64,000 nt of DNA from an uncultured Clostridia bacterium (GTDB taxonomy: Bacteria > Aerophobota > Aerophobia > Aerophobales > B3-G15): assembly GCA_964482715.1 (NCBI GenBank), contig CAYZYX010000002.1, positions 10,816 through 74,815 on the forward strand. Reading direction: 5' to 3'. Position numbers and translations under genes: made by a program. Below, piece by piece: positions 17,699-26,974 of the stretch. Under the pieces are notes generated by a model. It ran no database searches, was not told the DNA's origin, and saw nothing but the letters and a program-made list of their open reading frames with translations. Numbering within the stretch: position 1 is the first letter of the stretch; every line of letters starts with the position of its first letter.

Positions 17699-19605
17699 TA
17701 TTTTATTTTCGCTGCCAGTGAGGGAAACTTTGTTATATCTGTGTGGGGTAAAAATTTTGCCGACATAAACTCATCCATATACAAAGGATAGGTGATTAAA
17801 TCAAAGTAGGTTATTCTTCTTGTTATTTCATAAGCCATTTCCAGTGCTTCCCAGGAGAAAAGAGCCATTTTGGCTCCCATAATTGAAGTGTTTCCTACAA
17901 ATTGGATTTTATCTCTATCTATATCAGGAATAAGACCTAAAAGAATAGCGTTTTCCTTATCAAGATAATTGCCAAACCCTCCAGCAATGTAAAGTCTATC
18001 AATATCAGAAAAAGTAAGATTTAAGCTGTTTAAGAGAATGTTGATTCCGGCAAATATTGCCGCTTTAGCTCTTAGAAGATTTTCAAGATCAGGTTGAGTT
18101 ACCACAATATCTTCCCCACGGTCAGTTTGATAAGCAGGGACAAGAAGAAATTCCAGTTCCCCATTTCTTTCCCTTACTCTTCTATCAGTTCCAGGTTGAA
18201 GTCGACCAGATCTGTCAATATATCCGGCCTTAAATAGTTCTGCTACAATGTCTATCAATCCGGATCCACATATACCTCTTGGTTTGACATCACCAATGGT
18301 AGTATACTTTATCTTTCCCTCCTCAGTTATATGAAGTCTCTCTATTGCTCCTTCACCTGCTCGCATTCCGTTTTTAACCCCACTTCCCTCAAAGGCCGGT
18401 CCTGCCGAAGCGGAACAGCAAACCATCCAATCCTTGTTTCCGATAACGATTTCTCCATTTGTTCCTATGTCTATTAACATAACAAGTTCACCGGCCTGGT
18501 AAATTCCTGTGGCCAGAATTCCGGCGGTAATGTCGGCACCTACCCAGGCAGCTATACTGGGCAGGCTATAGAGAAGTCCACGAGGGTTTATTCTTATTCC
18601 AACTTCGGCTGCCCTTATGGGGGGAGGAGCAGTACACACAGGTATGTAAGGCTCTTTTCTGATCTGAGAAGGATCAAGACCCAATAAGAAATGGATCATA
18701 GCTGTGTTACCGGCACAAACCACAGCCATTACATCATGTAGCCGTATATTGTTGCGGGAAATTAAAGTATTGATTAAATTGTTAATGTCCTCCACAATAG
18801 CCTCTCGAAGTCTATCTGTCCCTTTATGTTCGGCATATATTATCCTTCTTGTAACTTCCTCTCCATATACCCTCTGGGAATTATAGGTGGCTTCAGCATC
18901 CATGGTTTCTGAAGTATTTAGATTAACAAGATGAGCGACAACTGTAGAAGTTCCGACATCTACTGCTATGGCAAAATTTTTATCTTTTGTATTCCCCTTT
19001 TCTACCTGAATTACCTCAACTGTTCCTCCTCTAATTCCCAGAGTGGCAGTGACTTTCCAGTTATATTCTCTTAAAATATAAGGGATGGACCTTATTATTT
19101 TGAGTCCGGTTTGCATAATGGGAATTTCCTTTTTTCTTCTTATACCCCGGTAAAGTCGGAGGTGATCGCATACATTATCCTGCAAAGTGGGTGGAGGAAG
19201 TTCAAGATAGAGCTTCTGGATGAGAGGCTCATAGGTAAAATAGACTTTTTCCTTTAAAGGGGCATATAGGGCTCTAAACCTCTGGGCATCCTTATCTATA
19301 AGTATTTTTCCTTCCGCAGTTGATTCAGGAGGAACTTCCACAACCACATCACCAATTACTTCCGTCTGACAGGCAAGGACATATCCTTTTTTTATATCAT
19401 CACGGGAAAGAAGAGTTGTTGGCCTTGTTTTAACTTCACCCTCTCTCACAATCAATCGGCACTTACCACAGATTCCATCACCTCCACAGATGGAGTTGAT
19501 GTACACACCGGCCTTTTCTGCAGCTTCAAGTAACGTTATACCCTTTTCCACTTCAACTGTTTCTTTTTGAGGAAGAAAGGTTACCTTAATTTTTTCTTTT
19601 TTCAT
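17698..19605 (-). CDS. Reductive activator of the corrinoid protein (RACo-type: N-terminal [2Fe-2S] ferredoxin plus ASKHA ATPase)
   Basis: 635 aa. N-terminus carries the plant-type [2Fe-2S] motif CGGDGICGKC. The large C-terminal domain is sugar-kinase/Hsp70-like, with the same architecture as Carboxydothermus RACo. Confidence 0.75.
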   Translation of the reverse strand: MKKEKIKVTFLPQKETVEVEKGITLLEAAEKAGVYINSICGGDGICGKCRLIVREGEVKTRPTTLLSRDDIKKGYVLACQTEVIGDVVVEVPPESTAEGKILIDKDAQRFRALYAPLKEKVYFTYEPLIQKLYLELPPPTLQDNVCDHLRLYRGIRRKKEIPIMQTGLKIIRSIPYILREYNWKVTATLGIRGGTVEVIQVEKGNTKDKNFAIAVDVGTSTVVAHLVNLNTSETMDAEATYNSQRVYGEEVTRRIIYAEHKGTDRLREAIVEDINNLINTLISRNNIRLHDVMAVVCAGNTAMIHFLLGLDPSQIRKEPYIPVCTAPPPIRAAEVGIRINPRGLLYSLPSIAAWVGADITAGILATGIYQAGELVMLIDIGTNGEIVIGNKDWMVCCSASAGPAFEGSGVKNGMRAGEGAIERLHITEEGKIKYTTIGDVKPRGICGSGLIDIVAELFKAGYIDRSGRLQPGTDRRVRERNGELEFLLVPAYQTDRGEDIVVTQPDLENLLRAKAAIFAGINILLNSLNLTFSDIDRLYIAGGFGNYLDKENAILLGLIPDIDRDKIQFVGNTSIMGAKMALFSWEALEMAYEITRRITYFDLITYPLYMDEFMSAKFLPHTDITKFPSLAAKIK

Positions 19606-19618
19606 CTACTTTAGGTTG

Positions 19619-20968
19619 TTATTTATTTTTTACCTTCCACTCATTCTTGAGAAAACTGGGAATTCTGGCTGCTTCCTCGGGACCGACCAGTACTTTCCAG
19701 TTAAATTCTTCCTCCAGTTCCGCTCTAAAAACAGCCACCAAACCGGGAATGATAATAGTATTGTGGTTTACCTTTTCCTTTACCCTTTGCTCTTCAAGTG
19801 TTTTGGCTATCTTCTCAGGCGACCATTTGTCACCAGCATAAGCATTTAAAACTCCCAGTCCCTCCGTCTCCACAACAGAGATATAAGTTGGGACCTTACT
19901 ATTTTCTACTTCCGACTCCACTGTAAAGTAGGTAAGAGAAAAGTTTGTGGTAACAATGACCGGAGAATCAGGTGTTACCGCTCCTATTTCGTAGAGTTTG
20001 GCCTCTACAGCATTGGGAACCTGAGGATCTGTGTAGATGTTCTGTCTAATTGTTAGAAGAGGTAAAAGTTGCCATTTTTCCTTTGCTCTTAAAACCACGA
20101 TATTCGCATATTTACAGACATAAGTTGCAGCCTGAGCAATTTCTTGAAAAGGATTATTTTCATCCGTGAAAGCTATGGTCGGGTAGCCTAAGGGACGAAA
20201 GACTTTCTCTACCGCAAGTCTTCTTAGCCTGGTTAGTTCGGTTAGAGTTTTTCCCACTTTTCTTGTACCTGGATCAAGAACAAGGTCATTTACACCCAGA
20301 TTTTTGATTTTCTGAGTCAGATCAGCAAGCTCTTCCAGACTTTCAGCATAAACTGCAAGAGGACAGTTATAATTCTTAGCCAAGGAGGCAAATTTCTCAA
20401 AATTATCTCTCTTGGCTGCGTAAATAAGTGGTTTTTTATTTCCTACTGTTTTAAGAGCAGCTTCCACAACAGAGGGGTCATCTGAAACAAGAATAAGAGC
20501 AAGTCCCGTTTTCTCGCTAACCAGACCCGCCAGTTTTGCATAATCTTCAGGACCCTTTGAAGTATGTTTTAAAGCTACAAGATTTACTCCTATTTCTTCT
20601 CCAACTCTGGTAAATTTCAAACAAGCAATAGCATTTAGCTCCTGATTCAATTTTTCTTCTTCAAAATTGTCTTCCATTAGAATAGCAATGCCAGCCGGAT
20701 GATGGAATTTTTCTTTATGTCTGAAAAGGACTGTTTCCTGACCTACCTGAATCTTACTGCCATCAGTCCCAATAGTGACAAGCCTCATGGGAGGTGCTGA
20801 GGCCTCTGCAAGTTGCTTTTTGGCCTCTTCACTTACATGAGGACACTGATCAAGAGATACCTTTTTTGCCGCAAGTTGCATTGCAAAAGCCATACAGGTA
20901 GGGAAATTACAATCTCCACAGTTTGTTTTAGGTAAAAGTTTATAAATTTGAAGTCCGGTTAAGCCCAT
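19619..20968 (-). CDS. acsC: Corrinoid iron-sulfur protein large subunit (CODH/ACS gamma, AcsC/CdhE)
   Basis: 449 aa. N-terminal [4Fe-4S] motif CGDCNFPTCMAFAMQLA...CPHV, then TIM-barrel and B12-binding-like domains. Confidence 0.85.
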   Translation of the reverse strand: MGLTGLQIYKLLPKTNCGDCNFPTCMAFAMQLAAKKVSLDQCPHVSEEAKKQLAEASAPPMRLVTIGTDGSKIQVGQETVLFRHKEKFHHPAGIAILMEDNFEEEKLNQELNAIACLKFTRVGEEIGVNLVALKHTSKGPEDYAKLAGLVSEKTGLALILVSDDPSVVEAALKTVGNKKPLIYAAKRDNFEKFASLAKNYNCPLAVYAESLEELADLTQKIKNLGVNDLVLDPGTRKVGKTLTELTRLRRLAVEKVFRPLGYPTIAFTDENNPFQEIAQAATYVCKYANIVVLRAKEKWQLLPLLTIRQNIYTDPQVPNAVEAKLYEIGAVTPDSPVIVTTNFSLTYFTVESEVENSKVPTYISVVETEGLGVLNAYAGDKWSPEKIAKTLEEQRVKEKVNHNTIIIPGLVAVFRAELEEEFNWKVLVGPEEAARIPSFLKNEWKVKNK

Positions 20969-21016
20969 CTACTCCCTCCTTAAAATTAAATCAAGTTTAA
21001 ACAGATCCCCCTCATA

Positions 21017-23233
21017 TTACATCAATGGTGGCATGGAGAGAACTGGATGATTTTTTTTCTGAAGGAATTCCAGAAGTTCCTCGGAGGTAGTTGCCTCTTT
21101 TTCAGTGGCAATTTTCTCTATAAGATCTGGTTCTCCTATTTCTTCACATCTTTTTTGCAGTTTTTCTTTTATTTCCTCTTTGAGTTCACTGGGCATCCAG
21201 ACAACCCTTTTTAAACCCCCGTCAGCTGATATGAATTTTCGGCTTGTAATGTACATTTTACCAATTCCTATAAATCCAGGTGTTTGTACTCCTCCTCCCA
21301 CCTGTCCTGCCATAGTACTGAAAGTCATCCCTATAGGAGTCATTCCGGTGAATTCACGATTCACAATCATAACTCCATTTGCCTCAGGTAAAACGGCTGC
21401 AATACACTCAAAGCACCCACAGGAAGTCATAGGGTCCTCAAGAATAGAATAGGCATTGAATCTTTCCAGATTACCATTAGATTTTACCTTAAGATATTCG
21501 TTAACTCCCTCCCATTGACCTTTAACAGGATCAAGGCATCTTCCCTTTTTTACAGGTTCGTTAGGTCCATGGGGATTAATCTGATAGGATGCTTTACAGT
21601 CAAGCCAGGTATAAGCTCCACATAAGCCCAGTCTTTCTGGAGTCACTATACATACATGATTGGGTGCATAGGATTGACAGAGAATACAGCTATAAAACTC
21701 ATCCACATCTTCATCTGTCATCCCGCCCAATCTTTCATCTCTTTGATGGTAGATCTTTTTTGCTTCTTCAAGAGGCTCCTTTATCTTTTCTTCGTCAGTT
21801 ATTATCTTAACCTGAACCTTGTCCACGATACCGGGAAATTCATCATGCATTTTAGCTACCAGTATTTCTCCAAAATGCTTTAACCTGAAACCTTTATGAT
21901 AGGCTTCTTTACTTATTCTTATCCAGACAATAGCTCTCTGACCCATATGAAATATTCCATTGGCACAGGATAAAAACTCATGGATTCTTCGCTCAAGAAC
22001 AGTCTCAAAATCTTCACTGAAGTTCCGACCGGCAACCTCAACTAAAATTCCTAAATTATAAGCGCCACCTTCTTCCATCTGATCAACATCAGGACCGATT
22101 ATCTCAATTTTGCCATCTTCTACCTCATTCATTGGTTTTCCCCGTAAAAGTTCAAAAGCTATACCGCGTTTTCCTCCAAATTCAACCTGCATCTGCTCTT
22201 TTCTTACTCTCTCACCTTCAAATCCAGCACCGTAAGGAACAGGTATGGGGATCTCTGTTACCTTTATTTCCAGACCTCTAACTTCGATAGCTTTGCCAAC
22301 TATTTTATCCAGAGCAATATTGGAAACAACATGCTCATAGGTACAAATACCAGTGGGTAAAATCTGAGGAATGGCAACGTCAGAAAGGATAGGGAAGCCA
22401 AAATTAATTGCCCCTGCGGCAGTGGCATATTTTTCATCGGTGATAAGTTGTTTATTGCCATTTACTTCTGGGTCAGCTCCCAGAGCAAGAACGAAGGCGT
22501 GGACTCTTTCTTTATTGTAGAGAAGAATTTTCCTTGCCTGCTCAAGATCCCCTGGTTTTATTCCACCAAAAGTCATAGCTGCACGAGCTGCAAAATTTAA
22601 AGCATGAATGGCAGCCGATGTATCTTTGCCATAAGGGACGAGAAAGGTATCCCAGTTCATTTCAATTCCTTCTTGAGCAAGTTGCTCAGCCATACTCCTT
22701 CCACCGGAAGAAGAAGCCATAAATACCAGAATGTTTTTCTCCTGCAGGGCTCTTGCAAGTTCAACTGCCTGTTCATTAGTGGGAAGTGCTCCCACGCAAG
22801 CAGCAAAACCCGGCATTCTTCCGTCTACAAGTTTTATTCCCTGATTTCTCAAAGTGGCATCGTCAGTGAAGCCCAACCATATCCCCTTAGGTTTATCGCC
22901 AGTAAGGTATTTTAAAGCTTCAATTATCTCCTCAGCAATTAAGGTTGCAATTCCTGCATCAAGGGTATCTCCCAGATAAGGAACCCAGAGGCTTTCCGAA
23001 GGAACAGGAGGAAGAAGTTTCTTAGCCCACTCCAGAGCTTTTTTTGCATCAGCTAATGTTTCAACCTTTATGCCGGTAAGAGCCAAAATTAAAGGCAGAT
23101 AATAGGCAGTATTTGGAAATCCTATGGCCTCTTTTTCACCTTTTTCTTCAATTAGTCTGTTTAACTTTTCCTCAGCTTCCTTTACGTACTTATAGGCTCC
23201 CCTTATAGCTGCAGAGGCAATTATTCTGGACAT
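21017..23233 (-). CDS. acsB: Acetyl-CoA synthase catalytic subunit (CODH/ACS alpha, AcsB/CdhC)
   Basis: 738 aa with the A-cluster Cys-Gly-Cys signature (SCGCFECIA) and a conserved N-terminal region. Confidence 0.9.
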   Translation of the reverse strand: MSRIIASAAIRGAYKYVKEAEEKLNRLIEEKGEKEAIGFPNTAYYLPLILALTGIKVETLADAKKALEWAKKLLPPVPSESLWVPYLGDTLDAGIATLIAEEIIEALKYLTGDKPKGIWLGFTDDATLRNQGIKLVDGRMPGFAACVGALPTNEQAVELARALQEKNILVFMASSSGGRSMAEQLAQEGIEMNWDTFLVPYGKDTSAAIHALNFAARAAMTFGGIKPGDLEQARKILLYNKERVHAFVLALGADPEVNGNKQLITDEKYATAAGAINFGFPILSDVAIPQILPTGICTYEHVVSNIALDKIVGKAIEVRGLEIKVTEIPIPVPYGAGFEGERVRKEQMQVEFGGKRGIAFELLRGKPMNEVEDGKIEIIGPDVDQMEEGGAYNLGILVEVAGRNFSEDFETVLERRIHEFLSCANGIFHMGQRAIVWIRISKEAYHKGFRLKHFGEILVAKMHDEFPGIVDKVQVKIITDEEKIKEPLEEAKKIYHQRDERLGGMTDEDVDEFYSCILCQSYAPNHVCIVTPERLGLCGAYTWLDCKASYQINPHGPNEPVKKGRCLDPVKGQWEGVNEYLKVKSNGNLERFNAYSILEDPMTSCGCFECIAAVLPEANGVMIVNREFTGMTPIGMTFSTMAGQVGGGVQTPGFIGIGKMYITSRKFISADGGLKRVVWMPSELKEEIKEKLQKRCEEIGEPDLIEKIATEKEATTSEELLEFLQKKNHPVLSMPPLM

Positions 23234-23244
23234 GCACGACCTCC

Positions 23245-24024
23245 TTAAGTTCTATGCAATGTAGTAGTTTCTTTAGTTACCCTAAGCTTATCCTTTAAAA
23301 TCTCTCTCCTGCAATCAGGACAGAGATTTAAAAATTCCTGTAGTTTTTCTATCTTTTCATTTCTGGCTTTCACATAATCAACCATTGCTTTAGTAAAAAA
23401 ATATCTCCCACATCTTTCACACCTGACTCTTTCCAGTTTGCGTGACCACATATCTATTTTTCTCTTATCTTCAATATCTTCAATCTTTATTGCTCCAGTG
23501 GGACATACTACAGCACAGGCTCCACATCCAATACAGGTATCTGGCTCAATCTCAAATGGTGTGGTAACTTTTCTCTCCAGTCCTCTACTGGCAAATCCAA
23601 TGGCATTTGCTCCTATAACCTCACTACAAACACGCACACAGAGACCACAGAGGATGCATTCTTTATCTTCCTGTGGAAATCTAACTTTATCAAGCCCCAT
23701 CTCTCTGGCTAATTCTTGAATAGCTTTGACATTTGGACAGCGTGCAAGGAGCATTTCAATAATTAACCTTCTTGCCTTTATGACTTTTTCTGAATTTGTT
23801 TTTACTTCAATTCCGTCTTGAACCGGATAAGTGCAGGCAGCGGTTAGTCGAGACCACCCTTTGCGGATAACCTCAACTGTGCAAACTCTACAGGCACCAT
23901 ACGCACTTACGGCCGGGTGATAACAAAGAGTTGGTATTTTAACCCCAATCCTTTTTGCTGCTTCAAGAACTGATAGTCCTTCTTCCACTTCAACCTCTTT
24001 TCCATCTATGACCAGTTTAACCAT
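23245..24024 (-). CDS. HoxU/NuoG-N-terminal-like iron-sulfur protein ([2Fe-2S] plus [4Fe-4S] clusters), with no catalytic domain
   Basis: 259 aa. [2Fe-2S] motif LCYHPAVSAYGACRVCTVEV, followed by the His-ligated cluster region and CIGCGACAVVCP. Confidence 0.75.
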   Translation of the reverse strand: MVKLVIDGKEVEVEEGLSVLEAAKRIGVKIPTLCYHPAVSAYGACRVCTVEVIRKGWSRLTAACTYPVQDGIEVKTNSEKVIKARRLIIEMLLARCPNVKAIQELAREMGLDKVRFPQEDKECILCGLCVRVCSEVIGANAIGFASRGLERKVTTPFEIEPDTCIGCGACAVVCPTGAIKIEDIEDKRKIDMWSRKLERVRCERCGRYFFTKAMVDYVKARNEKIEKLQEFLNLCPDCRREILKDKLRVTKETTTLHRT

Positions 24025-25944
24025 TTATTCCACCTTTATAGCATCAAATTTGCAGGTTTCGTAACATATCCCGCATTTTACACATTTTTCCTGCAATATG
24101 CGATGAGGTTTTCTCCTCTCTCCAACTATGGCTTCCTGAGGACATTCTCTGGCACAGCGGGTACATCCGGTACATTTTTCCTGATCTATTGTATAGGTTA
24201 TAAGGTCACGACAAACTCGAGCTGGACACTTTTTATCTTTAATATGAGCTTCATATTCATCTCTGAAGTAGCGAATAGTAGTTAAAACAGGGTTGGGAGC
24301 AGTTCCTCCTAAAGCACACAGGGAAGTGCTTTTAACAACTTCAGATAATTCTTCAAGCAGCTCTATATCTTCCTCTTTTCCCTCACCCTGGGTTATCCGG
24401 TTAAGAATTTCCAGCATTTGTTTTATACCTTCTCTACAGGAAGTACACTTTCCGCAGGATTCATCTTTAAGAAAAGTGAGAAAATATTTTGCCACATCCA
24501 CCATACAAGTATCCTCATCCATAACGATCATTCCACCTGATCCCATCATAGACCCTACTTTGGTAAGTGCATCAAAATCTACCGGGAGGTCAAGAAAATT
24601 CTCAGGTATGCATCCTCCAGAAGGACCACCTGTTTGAACAGCCTTAAATTTTTTTCCTCCAGGTATTCCACCTCCGATATCAAAGATAATTTCTCTCAAA
24701 GTTATGCCCATAGGGACCTCTGCGAGACCTGTATTGTTGATTTTTCCAACAAGAGAAAAGATCTTTGTTCCTTTACTTCCCTCTGTGCCTATTTTAGAGT
24801 ACCAATCAGCTCCCCGGGCAATGATTACCGGAACATTGGCCCAGGTTTCCACGTTGTTAAGGTTGGTAGGCTTTTCCCAGAGTCCACTTTCTACCGTATG
24901 GATGTGTTTTGCTCGTGGCTCTCCAACTCTTCCTTCCAGAGAGGCCATTAAGGCTGTTGACTCACCGCAAACAAATGCACCCCCCCCTCTATTAACTCTA
25001 ATGGAAAAACTAAACCCTGAACCTAAAATATCCTCACCTAAAAGCCCGTATTCCTCAGCTTGTTTAATAGCAATACTTATATGTTTTACAGCCAGTGGAT
25101 ATTCATTCCTAACGTATATATATCCTTCTCTGGCTCCAATTGCATAAGCTCCAATAATCATACCTTCCAGTATACTATGAGGATCACCTTCGAGAATACT
25201 TCTATCCATATAGGCACCAGGATCTCCTTCATCAGCGTTACAGATAACATATTTTACGTTACCTTTGGCCTGGCGACAGTACAACCATTTTTTACCAGTA
25301 GGAAAGCCTCCTCCACCCCTTCCTCTAAGACCTGATTTGATAATCTCCTCTATAACCTGGTCAGGTTCGTATTGAGAAAGAACTTTGAAGAGAGAGTAAT
25401 AACCTCCTCGTGCTACGTACTCAATCACATTAGTAGGATCAATGAAACCACAATTCCTGCTGGCGATTCTGAATTGTTTGCAGTAGAAAGGTATCTCTTG
25501 AAGAAGAGGGATATCATCTATCACACCTGATAACTCCCCCTGTATATCATATTTCTTTGTCTTACCAAAAATAAGAAGTTCATCTCTATCCAGCCTGGCA
25601 AGAATACTATCTTTCCATATACTTTCCCTGGTCAGGCTTTCTAAAAGTTTAATAACTTTTTCACCGTTCATCTTTTGATAAATAATACGAGGCCATCCAG
25701 GTTTAAATACGTCCACCAGAGGCTCTATTTGACAATAACCTAAACATCCAGTAGGAACTATTTTAATGTCTATTCTGTTTTCTCTAACTTTCGTATTTAG
25801 CGCCTCAAAAACTTCATTAGCTCCTGAAGCCAACCCACAGGTAGCCATCCCAATCATAATTCTTGGTTTATCGGGATAAAGAGATTTTAAACCCTCTTTC
25901 CTTAACTCTTCAAGTTCTTTTAAACTTTTGATTTTTTTACTCAT
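24025..25944 (-). CDS. NAD(P)H-binding flavoprotein (NuoF/HoxF/HndC-like) with N-terminal thioredoxin-like [2Fe-2S] domain and C-terminal 2x[4Fe-4S]
   Basis: 639 aa. GLRGRGGGGFPTGKKW is the FMN/NADH site. C-terminal CTGCTRCARECP and CVKCGICYETC. Confidence 0.85.
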   Translation of the reverse strand: MSKKIKSLKELEELRKEGLKSLYPDKPRIMIGMATCGLASGANEVFEALNTKVRENRIDIKIVPTGCLGYCQIEPLVDVFKPGWPRIIYQKMNGEKVIKLLESLTRESIWKDSILARLDRDELLIFGKTKKYDIQGELSGVIDDIPLLQEIPFYCKQFRIASRNCGFIDPTNVIEYVARGGYYSLFKVLSQYEPDQVIEEIIKSGLRGRGGGGFPTGKKWLYCRQAKGNVKYVICNADEGDPGAYMDRSILEGDPHSILEGMIIGAYAIGAREGYIYVRNEYPLAVKHISIAIKQAEEYGLLGEDILGSGFSFSIRVNRGGGAFVCGESTALMASLEGRVGEPRAKHIHTVESGLWEKPTNLNNVETWANVPVIIARGADWYSKIGTEGSKGTKIFSLVGKINNTGLAEVPMGITLREIIFDIGGGIPGGKKFKAVQTGGPSGGCIPENFLDLPVDFDALTKVGSMMGSGGMIVMDEDTCMVDVAKYFLTFLKDESCGKCTSCREGIKQMLEILNRITQGEGKEEDIELLEELSEVVKSTSLCALGGTAPNPVLTTIRYFRDEYEAHIKDKKCPARVCRDLITYTIDQEKCTGCTRCARECPQEAIVGERRKPHRILQEKCVKCGICYETCKFDAIKVE

Positions 25945-25957
25945 ACGGTTTCTCTTA

Positions 25958-26425
25958 CTATCGCTCTTTGTATTTGTTTAGGATTTTCTCAACCTGAACC
26001 GGGGTTACTCTTGCAAAGTAATTGCCATCAACTACCACAAGAGGTCCCAATGCGCAGGCTCCCAGACAGTTCACTGTTTCTAAAGTAAAATTAAGATCAG
26101 GTGTAGTTTCTCCCGGTTTGATATCTAACTTCCTTTGAATCTCTTCAAGAATTTTCGGTGATCCTCGTACATGGCATGCTGTTCCCATACACACATATAT
26201 GGTATGTTTACCTCGAGGTTTTAAACTGAAAGCTTTATAAAAAGTGGCTACTGCATAAATTTGAGGTAAAGGAACATTTAATTTGTCTTTTACTCTAAGT
26301 AATGCCTCCCGGGGCAAGTAATTATATTCTCGCTGTATATCCTGAAGAATGGGAATAAGCATACTTTTATCTTTATGGTATTTATCAATAACCCTATCGA
26401 CTGTTTCCAAAACTTGTGGACTCAT
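25958..26425 (-). CDS. NuoE/HoxE/HndA-like [2Fe-2S] thioredoxin-fold subunit
   Basis: 155 aa with CMGTACHVRG ... CLGACALGP. Confidence 0.8.
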   Translation of the reverse strand: MSPQVLETVDRVIDKYHKDKSMLIPILQDIQREYNYLPREALLRVKDKLNVPLPQIYAVATFYKAFSLKPRGKHTIYVCMGTACHVRGSPKILEEIQRKLDIKPGETTPDLNFTLETVNCLGACALGPLVVVDGNYFARVTPVQVEKILNKYKER

Positions 26426-26954
26426 TTTCTCTTATCCTTGCAGTTTTTTCTTCACTTTTTATCAAGCTTACCAGGAACCTCTCCTTCTTTTCTTTGGTGA
26501 CTTTTTCTACTTCCATAAATTGAAGTGCTCCGGTAGGACATGCTTCCACACAGGCAGGTTTTAATCCCTTCTCCGTTCTCTCTTTGCAGAGATCACACTT
26601 CACAATAGCTTTCCCATCTCTTCTTATTTTAATGACACCAAAAGGACAAACCAGAATACACCACTTACAACCTATACAGAGTTCGTCATTCAAGCTTACA
26701 GGACTATCAGGAGAAGATTTTTGAAGAGCATGTGTAGGACAAACCGAGACACAGGGAGCATCTTCACAGTGTCTACACTGAAGAGGGATAGTAAAATCTT
26801 CCAGAGTTTCCACCTCAACCCTGTGCTGGGGAAGGGGTGTTTCAGTTAGAGATTTGATTAAATCTTTAGACTGAGAGTGTTCAACGGCACAGGCAAGTTC
26901 ACAACTTCTACACCCAAGACATTTTTCGGCAAAAACAACCAGAATCTTTTTCAT
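26394..26954 (-). CDS. cooF: CooF-like poly-[4Fe-4S] ferredoxin (CODH electron-transfer subunit)
   Basis: 186 aa with four CxxCxxCxxxC(P)-type motifs. Lies directly downstream of cooS. Confidence 0.7.
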   Translation of the reverse strand: MKKILVVFAEKCLGCRSCELACAVEHSQSKDLIKSLTETPLPQHRVEVETLEDFTIPLQCRHCEDAPCVSVCPTHALQKSSPDSPVSLNDELCIGCKWCILVCPFGVIKIRRDGKAIVKCDLCKERTEKGLKPACVEACPTGALQFMEVEKVTKEKKERFLVSLIKSEEKTARIRENESTSFGNSR

Positions 26955-26974
26955 GTCTTACCTCTTTTGGTTTT

